The position numbers and the translations under genes are program-made. A model generated the notes under the pieces. It had not been told where the DNA came from. It ran no database searches and saw nothing but the letters and a program-made list of their open reading frames with translations. 38,244 nt of DNA, from IMG/VR virus record IMGVR_UViG_3300032608_000446, positions 1 through 38,244 of that record. One strand, given 5' to 3'. This DNA comes from a virus (lineage: Duplodnaviria > Caudoviricetes). Positions 1 through 9,109 of this stretch are shown here, piece by piece; position 1 is the first letter of the stretch; every line of letters starts with the position of its first letter.

Positions 1-2
1 CC

Positions 3-158
3 AGAATTCTCTGGTATGACTCGAATGATGAAGATACCCAGGCATGGTGGCGGGAACACTCGGGCAAGACAGGGACGGAGCAGACGGCAGAGGCTGCTGC
101 AAGACAGATACTGAAGTGTTCTGGATATACCGGAGAGATCGAAATAGTTTGGAGATGA
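3..158 (+). CDS. Hypothetical protein, 5'-truncated
   Basis: Frame open from the window edge (RILWYDSNDEDTQAWW...EIVWR*); its TGA overlaps the ATG at 155. Confidence 0.55.
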   Translation, partial: RILWYDSNDEDTQAWWREHSGKTGTEQTAEAAARQILKCSGYTGEIEIVWR

Positions 159-559
159 TGATGAAGAACAAAATGAAGAGACGATCCTTTTGGGGTGGGT
201 TACTGGCGTCAGTGGGATGTTTGTTTGTTTGGCCACTTGAGTCTTTCCCATCTGAAACAGAAGAGCCCGAAGAGCCCGATGAGCCCGAAGAGGAATGGGA
301 GAACAGCTTCGTTTTTCTGAGGGGTGGTTTTGATGCTTCGGGATGGTCCAATTGCACTGGTTTGTGTGGGGTGAAGATCGTTCGTAAGTATTCTCCAGAA
401 CCTGATTTGTATAAGACCCATCGAGCAGAGCTCCCTCCATGGCAGTTCCACCGCTTTGCGATTGAACTTGATGATGAACAGTCCGACGCGTTTGTTAGGG
501 CTATGGAGAGGTGGATGAAAACTCGGAAGAAGAATCTGGAGATGAAAAATGACGAGTGA
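155..559 (+). CDS. Hypothetical protein with twin-arginine-like N-terminus and acidic EEPEEPDEPEE linker
   Basis: GGAG at 151-154 before a run of ATGs (155/158/161); MKRRSFWGGLLASVGCLFVWP is RR plus a hydrophobic stretch. Confidence 0.7.
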   Translation: MMMKNKMKRRSFWGGLLASVGCLFVWPLESFPSETEEPEEPDEPEEEWENSFVFLRGGFDASGWSNCTGLCGVKIVRKYSPEPDLYKTHRAELPPWQFHRFAIELDDEQSDAFVRAMERWMKTRKKNLEMKNDE

Positions 560-1196
560 AACGAAACGGGCCGTGGCCGGTGTGGTGTTGATAGCAATTG
601 CTGCAATCATCATGCTGACGGTGCTCAGCAACATTGGTTGGTCTATCGAATGCCCCGATCCCAATCTGGCGGTCGATCTTCCCAAGGCCCTGCGGGCCAA
701 GTACGACAACCCCGATGGCTCCTGCGTCCAGTGCAGTATCGGGATGCTCGGAAATGATCAGAATGTGCTGAAGGCGGAACGGTTGCTGGAGGATTTCGAT
801 TGGAATGGTGACGGTCGAATCAGCTCAAATGAGAAGAAGGTCCGGGGAGGATCGGGACCAAGCCGAGTGGCTGCCTATGCCCGTGCTCGGAACATGAAGA
901 TTCTCAACATTACCGGCCGGCAGACGTTCGAGTACATGCTCTGGGCGTTGAGGAATGGCCGGGGTGTGGCGATCGGATTCGAGCCCGTTCATTACCAGAC
1001 TTTGATGGGGAAATCCGGGGATTTGACGAAGGTAGAGGGAACATGGTACGTTTGCGATAACAACTCCACCCAGCGGATCGATTCGTTCGATTGGCCGACG
1101 TTCCGAGCCAAACACTATCAGAGTGGCCCTTGGATTGTGATTCTGGATTACCCACCGCATCCGAAAAGGCCCGTCTATAAGGAGTGGTGGAGGTGA
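549..1196 (+). CDS. Membrane-anchored papain-fold (C39-like) cysteine peptidase-like protein
   Basis: N-terminal TM helix; GSCVQCS (Cys), VHYQTL (His) and WYVCDNN (Asp/Asn) in papain-fold order. Confidence 0.55.
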   Translation: MTSETKRAVAGVVLIAIAAIIMLTVLSNIGWSIECPDPNLAVDLPKALRAKYDNPDGSCVQCSIGMLGNDQNVLKAERLLEDFDWNGDGRISSNEKKVRGGSGPSRVAAYARARNMKILNITGRQTFEYMLWALRNGRGVAIGFEPVHYQTLMGKSGDLTKVEGTWYVCDNNSTQRIDSFDWPTFRAKHYQSGPWIVILDYPPHPKRPVYKEWWR

Positions 1197-1345
1197 TACT
1201 CGTACTGTTGTTCTTTGTCCTGTTGCTCTTGCCATGCTTTTTGGTGGTGGTGGGGTTTGGTGGTTGGCTACCGTGGATTTTGGGGTTCGTGGCTTTGATG
1301 ACTGCGTTGTCGATGATCGCTGGGAAGAAGGGGAACAAGCAATGA
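1193..1345 (+). CDS. Small two-TM membrane protein (50 aa), holin-like
   Basis: Not in the ORF track. GTG overlaps the previous TGA; MILVLLFFVLLLLPCFLVVVGFGGWLPWILGFVALMTALSMIAGKKGNKQ*; basic C-tail; stop overlaps the next ATG. Confidence 0.65.
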   Translation: MILVLLFFVLLLLPCFLVVVGFGGWLPWILGFVALMTALSMIAGKKGNKQ

Positions 1346-1923
1346 GGATAATTGGATCGGTGTTCGTTGTTGGGATGTTCTTCCTATTGATTCTGATGGT
1401 GGTGGTGTTGACGGGTTGCGAAGATCTAACAGAAGTGAAAATACAAGAGGAATTACCAGTCCAGGCTCCCGCCCCAACTTCATGCCCGACCCCTGCGGAG
1501 GGGGCGGTTGAGCCGGACGGTATTCCAAGGGTTGATCCGAATGACAAGGTTGCCATGGCGGCAATGCTTGATTTGACGGCGGCAGTTGCGGGTGACAACC
1601 ATCGTAGAATTCAAACAGTAGAAGTTATTGTAAATGACAATCAGCTCCGCATACATGAGTTGATGGAGAATTGTGTTGTTCGTCCGTTGGTTTTTGGGGT
1701 TGAATGGGAAGGGCTGCCGGATGATCATCAAGTAGGATCCATCCGGTCGGACATTGAGGGAGCGAGTTACAGGGTTGGAGAGGCGTCAAGGGAAACAGAG
1801 AATGTGGCAAGGTGGGGGGCGATTATAATGGCCCGATTCTATCGGGAGGGGATTACGATCACATTCGGGACGAAGAAACGATTCCCGATCAATATCAGAC
1901 TTGGCGAGGAGACAGAACAATGA
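1342..1923 (+). CDS. Putative lipoprotein
   Basis: ATG at 1342 coupled to the upstream stop; hydrophobic signal ending in lipobox VLTG-C; Pro-rich linker. Confidence 0.65.
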   Translation: MRIIGSVFVVGMFFLLILMVVVLTGCEDLTEVKIQEELPVQAPAPTSCPTPAEGAVEPDGIPRVDPNDKVAMAAMLDLTAAVAGDNHRRIQTVEVIVNDNQLRIHELMENCVVRPLVFGVEWEGLPDDHQVGSIRSDIEGASYRVGEASRETENVARWGAIIMARFYREGITITFGTKKRFPINIRLGEETEQ

Positions 1924-3371
1924 AACGATTGATAGCGGTCCTGTGCCTGCTGGCCGTACCGGTCTATGCACAACAAGTGGACACGGGGGAGGTTCTTCGT
2001 CGTGGTGACATGGTTCAACGTGTGGACGGGTCGATCAGGCAGGGTTGGCAAGCAACTGCCGCAGATCGATACACTGAGGCGATGGCGATGCCGAAGGACG
2101 ACAACGACAAGTTCTTCATTTCCGTCCTAACCTACAAGGGGTGTGCGGCCTGCGTTCGGTTGGAGAAGACAGATTGGCCTGATTGCCAAAAGCTGTTGGC
2201 ATTGGCCGATCCAGCGGACTCGAAGGAGTCATGGGCCCATCTTGGATTCTACGACATGAATCCGAAGTCCAGGCAGGAGAATCGGGAGCTGTTCCAGCCG
2301 GTGTACGATGAAAAAGGTAAGTTACTGACCGGGGTTGTGGTCAAGGCTTATCCGACCATTTTGGTGCAGCCACCATCGAATGGGGACTACGGCGACCCGA
2401 ACACCCCTGTGTTTCGATGTGTCTACGGTGGCGATCCGAATGAGTTGGCCGACGATATTGGCATGGCCATCGAGTTGTACATCGAGAAGCAGGAAAAGGA
2501 AAAGGCTGCGAAGTCAGCAATCACTGAATATGCCTTTGGACCGATCGGATCTGAGGAAGTCGGGGGACCGTTCAACATCCTGCCGCTGAGACCCCGTCCC
2601 AACCCTCCCCCGGCCCCGTGTCCGGCCCCTACTCCAAACCCGGATCTAAGGCCAAAGCCCAAGCCGACGCCCGTGGACGCCCCTATTACGCCCCCGGATA
2701 AGGACGATGGGAAGCGTGTACCACCTCGGAAGGTGTTTGAGGAAAGGATTGCTTTGGGGGTGCGAGAGGCCATGGCCTTGCGGGACGCCCGGGACATCAG
2801 GGATCGATTGGAACGGGATAAGAGGGACAAGATTCGGGAAAGGGATTGGATCGAGAAGCTTCGTGTGGAACGGGAAGGCCGAAAGCAGGAACGACAGGAG
2901 AAGGAGCACTTCCAATTGTTAAAGAAGCTGCGAGAGGAAAAGCCATTCCGAACGGGTGTCAAGGACATGCTGACGGGGGTGAGGGGATTCTTCGGTCGAC
3001 TATTCTTTGTTGGCAATGTCTGCATGTTTGTGTGTCTCTTGATAGGGTTGCTCGCCGTGGCAGTCATTCTCAAGTACCTCGTTGGGGATCTGTGGTTTCT
3101 GGCGACGGGACCGATTGCATTTTTTGCTTGGTTGGCTGGGAAGAAGTCCAAGGACAAGGATGAAGGAGATTTCGTTGCCGTTGAAGTGGTGGAGGATGTA
3201 GCGGAGGCCGTTAGTCCGGTTCTCAACGCTGTGGCTATTGTGGTGAGGGAATTGCTCGCCAGCAGGGAGCAGGCAGAGGCAACGAAGAAGAAGGTAGAGA
3301 CGATGGCCGAGGACTTCGGGGCTGGTCAGAAGGCTTTGAAAGATGCGGTCGAAGGGAAAGTGGAAGAGTGA
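1920..3371 (+). CDS. Exported thioredoxin-like (CxxC) protein with Pro-rich linker, charged helix and C-terminal TM segments
   Basis: Signal peptide MKRLIAVLCLLAVPVYA-Q; ISVLTYKGCAAC and a later YPTILV cis-Pro-loop-like motif; PRPNPPPAPCPAPTPNP; hydrophobic segments around aa 360-405. Confidence 0.6.
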   Translation: MKRLIAVLCLLAVPVYAQQVDTGEVLRRGDMVQRVDGSIRQGWQATAADRYTEAMAMPKDDNDKFFISVLTYKGCAACVRLEKTDWPDCQKLLALADPADSKESWAHLGFYDMNPKSRQENRELFQPVYDEKGKLLTGVVVKAYPTILVQPPSNGDYGDPNTPVFRCVYGGDPNELADDIGMAIELYIEKQEKEKAAKSAITEYAFGPIGSEEVGGPFNILPLRPRPNPPPAPCPAPTPNPDLRPKPKPTPVDAPITPPDKDDGKRVPPRKVFEERIALGVREAMALRDARDIRDRLERDKRDKIRERDWIEKLRVEREGRKQERQEKEHFQLLKKLREEKPFRTGVKDMLTGVRGFFGRLFFVGNVCMFVCLLIGLLAVAVILKYLVGDLWFLATGPIAFFAWLAGKKSKDKDEGDFVAVEVVEDVAEAVSPVLNAVAIVVRELLASREQAEATKKKVETMAEDFGAGQKALKDAVEGKVEE

Positions 3372-3503
3372 TAATGAAACGTATCAGCATCCTTCGCCCT
3401 GATTGAGGGCGAGGCACTGGCACAGATTCTCAAGGATCGGAAACCGGATGCGTAACACTGGCAACGCCCTCGCCTGCCAGGCGTTTGGACTTTGGAGGTA
3501 AAC

Positions 3504-4079
3504 ATGACAAAAGAACTTCTACAAAAAAACGGGGCACAACTGCTCTTTGCGGATGCGGCTGATTTTCCCAACTCTGGGGCTGGGCCGCCGACTACGGCTG
3601 CGAATGACCTCCGCATTACAGCACTATCACCTACTGCGGTTCAGATCGATCTCACGGGTGTTGGGGCTGCGGCGGCTCGACAATCTACCAAGATTACTGA
3701 CCTCGGGGCAGCTTGGGCGGCGGGCTGGATATTAGCCGCGTGTATCGAGCATGAAGCGGCCCCGATTGCTGGTGGTGCGGTCAATTTTTGGTGGGCTGCT
3801 TCTCCGAATGCGACGGCAGCCACGGGCAACCCGGGCAGTGTAGTTGGAGCCGACGGTGCCTTTACGGTTGGTGGCACGGTGCAGTTGGAATTCATTGGTT
3901 CACTTATAGTGCTAAACCAAGTGGTGAATATCAAAACCAAAGTTGGGTTTCTGCGCCCGTCGTATCGTTACGGTTCGTTGATTGTCGTCAACAACACTAG
4001 TAGCGCGTTTCGGTCTACCGCTGTTGCGATGGACGAGACGCACATTACGCTCACGTCACTCATCGACGAACTTCAATAA
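3504..4079 (+). CDS. Putative virion structural/appendage protein (Ala/Gly/Thr-rich)
   Basis: GGAGG RBS; composition typical of structural proteins; precedes the LamG gene. Confidence 0.55.
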   Translation: MTKELLQKNGAQLLFADAADFPNSGAGPPTTAANDLRITALSPTAVQIDLTGVGAAAARQSTKITDLGAAWAAGWILAACIEHEAAPIAGGAVNFWWAASPNATAATGNPGSVVGADGAFTVGGTVQLEFIGSLIVLNQVVNIKTKVGFLRPSYRYGSLIVVNNTSSAFRSTAVAMDETHITLTSLIDELQ

Positions 4080-4867
4080 TGAACGCCCCCACCGAACTCC
4101 TGAGCTACGCGGACCCCTTCGCACCTCGCGACGGCCCGCCGGCGTTTCCAAATTTACACCAGGGGCTTGTCGGGGCGTGGTATCCACCGTTGGGGCCAAC
4201 CGGGAAGAAACTCTATGATGTGACAGGCCGAAACGACGGCACGCTAACGAATATGGAAGCCGGGACAGACTGGGTGCAGAGCCCGCTGGGGTGGGTGCTT
4301 GATTTTGACGGTGTGAATGAACGAGTGACCCTAGCCGATATTGATATTCTTAAACAGATTTCGATGGTTTCGTGGATATACCCGACCGCTGGCCAGGCGG
4401 TTACTCGTTATCCATTTGCAAAGAAGGATTCATATTTACTCATCTACGGACACAGCGTCGCCCAGTATCGGGGTGTCTTTGCGGTGAGAATCGGCGGCGT
4501 CTGGAGAAAACCGGCGCAAAGGGTCATTGCTCAGAATGCGTGGTCCATGTTTGCCGGGACTTACGATGGTACTTCCGTACGGACTTACATAAATGGGGTC
4601 GGGAGTGCTTCTGGTGCTATCAGTGGCAATTTGCAACAAAGTAACTTCAGCACTTCCATTGCCGACTCCGGTGAAGGTGCGGCGTATTTCGCCGGTAGAG
4701 TCGGTCCCTGTCTGCTATATAACCGGGCTTTGACGCACGCCGAAATCCAGCACTTCTACCGCGACCCGTTCGCACCGTTGCGGTTAGAGCAGCGGGTGTT
4801 TCCGAGTGCGGCGATTGTTCTACCGCCCGGCCTTCTGACCAGCGGACACATGAGCGGAGTAATCTGA
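4079..4867 (+). CDS. LamG/concanavalin-A-like domain protein (tail or receptor-binding)
   Basis: GLVGAW, LYDVTGRNDGTL, LDFDGVN, W..FAGTYDG..VRTYING, F.GRV....LYNRALT..EI pattern of LamG-like domains. Confidence 0.8.
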   Translation: MNAPTELLSYADPFAPRDGPPAFPNLHQGLVGAWYPPLGPTGKKLYDVTGRNDGTLTNMEAGTDWVQSPLGWVLDFDGVNERVTLADIDILKQISMVSWIYPTAGQAVTRYPFAKKDSYLLIYGHSVAQYRGVFAVRIGGVWRKPAQRVIAQNAWSMFAGTYDGTSVRTYINGVGSASGAISGNLQQSNFSTSIADSGEGAAYFAGRVGPCLLYNRALTHAEIQHFYRDPFAPLRLEQRVFPSAAIVLPPGLLTSGHMSGVI

Positions 4868-4868
4868 T

Positions 4869-5951
4869 ATGCGAAAAAACGTAGCCTGCACGATTACGTA
4901 CACCGCTTGGGACACCGACGCCAACGCTCCAAAGACGGGCGATGTTGCCCAGCACACCATGCGGATTATCGCCGACGGAACGGCTGGGGCGATTACAGCA
5001 ACTCCCGTGGAAGTCGAAAACGGCGAGTACAAGATCGTTGTCGCCGCCGACGAAAACACCGGCGTTGCCATGACGTTGGAGGGGGCGAGCAGCACAACAT
5101 ATATCGAGATCATCCCGGTTAAGTGGACGAATGAAATCGGGGCAGACATGCAGTATATCCTCGGCCACCAACTCGAACAGACCGGAACGCAAGTAGCCGA
5201 CAACTTTCAGACCTACTTCGATGTTGCATCGCAGACATTCACATCCGGCACAGCACTGGCCAATTTTAAGGCGACCGGGTTCTCTACGCACAGCGCGGAC
5301 AATGTCTACACCGCGTTTGGGGATGGCAGTAACCTGACGACCTGCGCCACGGCCACGGGATTCAATATAGTGGTGCCTCCGACAGTTGCCCAATTGAATG
5401 CCAGAACTTTGGTAACAGCAGAGTATGCTACCTTAGCCGGCCAGTCCACCATTGCCGGATACACGGATACTCTGGAAGCTTTGGGAGCCACGATTGCAGG
5501 TTACACCGACACCCTTGAGACCTCGGCCACAACAATTGCCGGTTACACCGATTCGCTGGAGTCCGCCGTTTCTACGCTTCAGGGAACGGCCAACAGCATC
5601 CTCACCGATACCGGCACGACTCTCCACCAATTTGTTGATGAAGTGGAGAACCTATTGAAGAATGTGTCCTATGGGTTGGCCGCCCTGAAGGCTGCTCTTG
5701 ATACGATACCATCTATTGCGGCCGGAGGAACTTCAACGATTATCGAATGTCAGGTGGGAGGATCTCCAGTCGATGGGGTGGAGGTCTGGATGACAACGGA
5801 TGAGGCTGGGGCGAATGTGGTGCATGGAACCTTTGTTTCCAATGCCTTCGGTTTGGCTGACTTCGGGGCCATTGATTCCGGCACGTATTTTGTGTGGCGC
5901 CAACTTGCCGGCTACAATTTTGAGAACCCAGAAGAAATAACAGTGAGCTAA
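4869..5951 (+). CDS. Fibre-like structural protein with AGYTD(T/S)LE repeats and C-terminal Ig/carboxypeptidase-regulatory-like domain
   Basis: Thr/Ala-rich; three 14-aa repeats; C-terminal PVDGVEVW...SNAFG....IDSGTYFVWRQLAGYNF. Confidence 0.55.
   Translation: MRKNVACTITYTAWDTDANAPKTGDVAQHTMRIIADGTAGAITATPVEVENGEYKIVVAADENTGVAMTLEGASSTTYIEIIPVKWTNEIGADMQYILGHQLEQTGTQVADNFQTYFDVASQTFTSGTALANFKATGFSTHSADNVYTAFGDGSNLTTCATATGFNIVVPPTVAQLNARTLVTAEYATLAGQSTIAGYTDTLEALGATIAGYTDTLETSATTIAGYTDSLESAVSTLQGTANSILTDTGTTLHQFVDEVENLLKNVSYGLAALKAALDTIPSIAAGGTSTIIECQVGGSPVDGVEVWMTTDEAGANVVHGTFVSNAFGLADFGAIDSGTYFVWRQLAGYNFENPEEITVS
5448..5562 (+). repeat. Three tandem 42-bp/14-aa repeats (TIAGYTD[T/S]LE...)
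   Basis: STIAGYTDTLEALG-ATIAGYTDTLETSA-TTIAGYTDSLESAV. Confidence 0.85.
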
Positions 5952-5961
5952 GGAGCTTCAA

Positions 5962-6339
5962 ATGACCAAAGAATTGTTGGTGAGCCATACAAGTGGCACC
6001 ACCGTCTACGCTACGATTCGACTTCCGATCAATCGCAACCACGGCACGACTGGGAATGGTCGGAGTGGCAACATTGGCTACTGGTGGAATGTGGCCTTGG
6101 TGACCCATGAGACGTTCATACCGGCCAACTTCGCGAATTATGCCATTGCCCTGACTGAGCTGGGAACCACTGGGTTGTTCGAGGGTGATATTCCGACGAG
6201 CCTCAATCCGGAGAAGGCCCTGGAGGTTATTTACTGGGAACGGGCTGGAGCGGCGGCGCTTATGGGCGATACGAAAATCACAGGATCCAATTTCGAGTTC
6301 CTCGATGAGTGGGTCGCGGTTTCCACTCTTCGGGTCTAA
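5962..6339 (+). CDS. Putative structural protein
   Basis: AAGGAG RBS; starts MTKELL like the 3504 gene; located in the fibre block. Confidence 0.6.
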   Translation: MTKELLVSHTSGTTVYATIRLPINRNHGTTGNGRSGNIGYWWNVALVTHETFIPANFANYAIALTELGTTGLFEGDIPTSLNPEKALEVIYWERAGAAALMGDTKITGSNFEFLDEWVAVSTLRV

Positions 6340-6350
6340 GGGGATTTGTT

Positions 6351-7274
6351 ATGGGCATGGGACCAGGTAGTGGGATTTCCCCCGCCGACATAAGAACCAT
6401 CAAAGCATCTACCGATCCTTTACCAGGGGATCCGGCAGATGCGTCAGATGTTGCTGCTCAGAATGCTGTGCTCGCTGGCTACACCGATACGTTGGAGGCT
6501 TCAGCAGTTACCATTGCGGGATATACGGACAGCCTGGAGGCGGCTGTGGCGGCACTCGCAGCTCAGAATACCGTACTTGCTGGCTACACCGATACGCTTG
6601 AGGCCGCAGCAGCGGTGATCGATGCCTTCCATGATGTTTCGGCAATTGATGCGGTTGACAATGCCCAGATGCGAGATGTCCTTGGGAACAAGGAAGACAC
6701 CGCTTCCAGGACGCCTGCCACGATCTCGCTCATGGCGTTACTTCGTCAGGTGTTGGCGGAAACCTCTGAAACGGAGAGGCATCTTCACAATGTCGAGTTG
6801 TGGTTTGGGCCGGCAGCCGTTGCCATTGGAGAAAACCACATAGCCGATCTCCTTGGAGAGGTTGGTGGAGACCCTTCCGGGGTCATTACATCTTTCCGGG
6901 TAACTTCCGGGGCAAACAAGACATGGGGAACGGCTGTTCAGATATGGGGAGCCACTGATTATGGTTTGCTGCCCGCAACGAAACAGGCTTTTCAGGATGC
7001 CCACCGCTTGCGGGTTACGGTTGCCGAGACGGACAAGCATGAATGGTTGCTCCGAATCATTGTTGGGGCAACTGCGGCGGCGGGTGTGACCGCTCGAACC
7101 TATGGGATCATTCCCATATTCGTCGAGAACACCAACAAAGTCCTCATCCCTGTTGATTTGATTACTGAGCGGGTTATTGCTGGGTCCAAGATTTGGGTGC
7201 AGTTGTTGCACATATCGGACAACGATGCTGAGTATTGCGATTTTCAATTTGGCATCCACGGTTACCCTGATTGA
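6351..7274 (+). CDS. Fibre-like structural protein with AGYTD(T/S)LE repeats
   Basis: ATG at 6351 after the upstream stop; AAQNAVLAGYTDTLE / TIAGYTDSLE / AAQNTVLAGYTDTLE; beta-rich C-terminal domain. Confidence 0.6.
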   Translation: MGMGPGSGISPADIRTIKASTDPLPGDPADASDVAAQNAVLAGYTDTLEASAVTIAGYTDSLEAAVAALAAQNTVLAGYTDTLEAAAAVIDAFHDVSAIDAVDNAQMRDVLGNKEDTASRTPATISLMALLRQVLAETSETERHLHNVELWFGPAAVAIGENHIADLLGEVGGDPSGVITSFRVTSGANKTWGTAVQIWGATDYGLLPATKQAFQDAHRLRVTVAETDKHEWLLRIIVGATAAAGVTARTYGIIPIFVENTNKVLIPVDLITERVIAGSKIWVQLLHISDNDAEYCDFQFGIHGYPD

Positions 7275-7282
7275 GGTAGAAA

Positions 7283-8116
7283 ATGGCCACCCACACAATC
7301 AATGAAGGTTCCGTCGCATCCGCTGGTGGATCTATTGTTTCGATCACCGAGGCTTATCTGGAGTTGGGGCTCACATCTCCGACGCCTGCCGAGGCCAGTA
7401 TCGTGCTTGGGGCCATTCGCAAAGCAGAGGGAGCGGTCAAGAGGTATCTCCGCTACAATCCCGTTCAGCTACGCCGGACGGAATTCTATCCGATGGGCGA
7501 TCTCAGCCATCAGCGATCCGCAGCTATTTGGGAGGTCAATGAAACCCAGGCTTATCTGCGGGAGGGGGCGGGGGCATCGGGTGCCGAGATCGTTCTCAAA
7601 CACCTCCCGGTCCGGGGTATTGTGGCGATGGTGGTCCACACTGATTCGGATGGTCGGTCGGATACGACGGCTGGGGCCTTTGCCGAGCAGAAGAATGAGG
7701 GTTCCGATTTTTGGCCGAACTACGATGGATTTGACACCGCCGGATACAAGGTTTGCCGGGATGGTATAATAAGGCATGTGGGGTCATGGCCACGAACACC
7801 GGGTTCGATTCGGATAGCCTACACTGCCGGATACTCCACGGGGGAATTTCGATCGGGAGACGGGTTGGTGGATGCCTCGCCAATTTGGGATGCGGCATTG
7901 GACGAGACGATCCGTCGGGCGAAGAAGGTGTTTCTCAACATGAAACAGACGCACGGTTGGGTGGCGGGGCCGAAAAATAGTGAAACCCTTGGAGAGTACA
8001 GCTACAGCGGTGGGGCCACATCCGAGAAGGCATTCGGTGGTTCATGGGACATGATGCCGGAGTCGAAGGAGAAGCTTCGGGAGTTTGTCAACTGGGGATT
8101 CGAGCTAGGGAGTTGA
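7283..8116 (+). CDS. Head-tail adaptor/connector (HK97 gp6 / SPP1 gp15-like)
   Basis: SITEAYLELG...AEGAVKRYL..RTEFY..LKHLPV..DGII..WP....IRIAYTAGY..SETLGEYSYS pattern typical of long head-tail connectors. Confidence 0.7.
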   Translation: MATHTINEGSVASAGGSIVSITEAYLELGLTSPTPAEASIVLGAIRKAEGAVKRYLRYNPVQLRRTEFYPMGDLSHQRSAAIWEVNETQAYLREGAGASGAEIVLKHLPVRGIVAMVVHTDSDGRSDTTAGAFAEQKNEGSDFWPNYDGFDTAGYKVCRDGIIRHVGSWPRTPGSIRIAYTAGYSTGEFRSGDGLVDASPIWDAALDETIRRAKKVFLNMKQTHGWVAGPKNSETLGEYSYSGGATSEKAFGGSWDMMPESKEKLREFVNWGFELGS

Positions 8117-8129
8117 GGGTATAATAGGA
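8116..8129 (+). promoter_or_regulatory. Candidate promoter, AGGGTATAATAGGA (TATAAT -10 box)
   Basis: Perfect TATAAT in the intergenic gap before AGGAGG RBS; the same 14-mer recurs at 34585 and a variant at 17047. Confidence 0.45.
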
Positions 8130-8144
8130 TTAGGAGGCATTCGG

Positions 8145-8315
8145 ATGAGACCACTTCCAATTTGGCTACCGGTAACCATTGGTCTAGCTTGGACTGCAGC
8201 CGGTGCCGCCTTGTTCGTGAAAGGTCTTGATAGACAAGACATGTTCATCGGATGCCTGGCTGTAGGTATTGGTGGGTTGTTTTTGGAGTTGTATCGGATG
8301 AGGAGCGTAAAGTGA
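8145..8315 (+). CDS. Small two-TM membrane protein (56 aa)
   Basis: Not in the ORF track. AGGAGG RBS; MRPLPIWLPVTIGLAWTAAGAALFVKG...FIGCLAVGIGGLFLELYRMRSVK*. Confidence 0.65.
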   Translation: MRPLPIWLPVTIGLAWTAAGAALFVKGLDRQDMFIGCLAVGIGGLFLELYRMRSVK

Positions 8316-8554
8316 AGAACAATAACATACCTCGTCGGTCCTTTTTGGGTGGTATGATCGCGGCGGCTTTTGCCCCGTTGAGTTTGGTGGAACCAACAAA
8401 GGTGGTTCGGCCCAGGCTTACGGCAGTCCAGAGAAAAGTGCTCATTGCCGAGATACGACGACAATATCGAGGAACAGCAAACGATGACTGGCTGGTCGGC
8501 CGGTTTCCTTGTATGTGGATCAATGGGAGGAGAACGAGTGTCACTCCTCGATAA
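8312..8554 (+). CDS. Small protein with twin-arginine-like signal
   Basis: GAGGAG RBS, GTG start overlapping the previous TGA; PRRSFLGGMIAAAFAPL. Confidence 0.55.
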   Translation: MKNNNIPRRSFLGGMIAAAFAPLSLVEPTKVVRPRLTAVQRKVLIAEIRRQYRGTANDDWLVGRFPCMWINGRRTSVTPR

Positions 8555-8906
8555 CTTTCCTCACACCTGCTCGGCCTATCCCGTGGTTCGCACCAACGAT
8601 GATCTTGGTGGGGCCAAGGACAGCTATGGTACAGCCGTGTTTACTGGACGGGCTTGTTGGCTTCAACAGGCAGGGGACAACGAGGTCACCCGGTTCCAGA
8701 AGAAGGGAATTGACGTAACGGGGAAGATATACTTCACGGTCGATCCGGGTCTGACTACCAAACATGATGTGGTGGTGTTGGACAAGGCTGGGAATGCCTT
8801 GGGAACTTGGACAGTGAAGAGCCGACCAAGACCCGATGCTAGTGCTGGCCTTGGAGTGCTGTTCCGGGTGATGGTAGACCAATCAACGACAGGGAGTTCA
8901 TCATGA
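8538..8906 (+). CDS. Head closure / head-tail joining protein (SPP1 gp16-like)
   Basis: AGGAG RBS and GTG start; about 122 aa; MSLLDNFPHTC...DDLGG...ACWLQ...KIYF..DP beta-rich pattern. Confidence 0.6.
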   Translation: MSLLDNFPHTCSAYPVVRTNDDLGGAKDSYGTAVFTGRACWLQQAGDNEVTRFQKKGIDVTGKIYFTVDPGLTTKHDVVVLDKAGNALGTWTVKSRPRPDASAGLGVLFRVMVDQSTTGSSS

Positions 8907-9109
8907 AGCTTCGGATTGCCAAAAAAGTGTTGAAGGCAATTAGTGGTCCTGATGAGTTGTGGGCTTTTGATAGGGACAGTAATTTGATTCCAGTGAAGTT
9001 GCCAAGTAAGGCAGTGAGTCGGAGGGATCGCCGCAGAAGAAGGAATGGCGAGGGTTACAGATTGTCAACAGCTTTCAAGGCATTGGATAGAGCGGGGGTG
9101 TTGCGATGA
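8903..9109 (+). CDS. Small basic hypothetical protein
   Basis: ATGA-coupled at both ends; Arg-rich. Confidence 0.55.
   Translation: MKLRIAKKVLKAISGPDELWAFDRDSNLIPVKLPSKAVSRRDRRRRRNGEGYRLSTAFKALDRAGVLR

Noticed and set aside
3398-3445. Hammerhead ribozyme-like CTGA...GAAA
   Set aside because: Sequence is CTGATTGA, not the CUGANGA core; flanking stems are not in hammerhead geometry.
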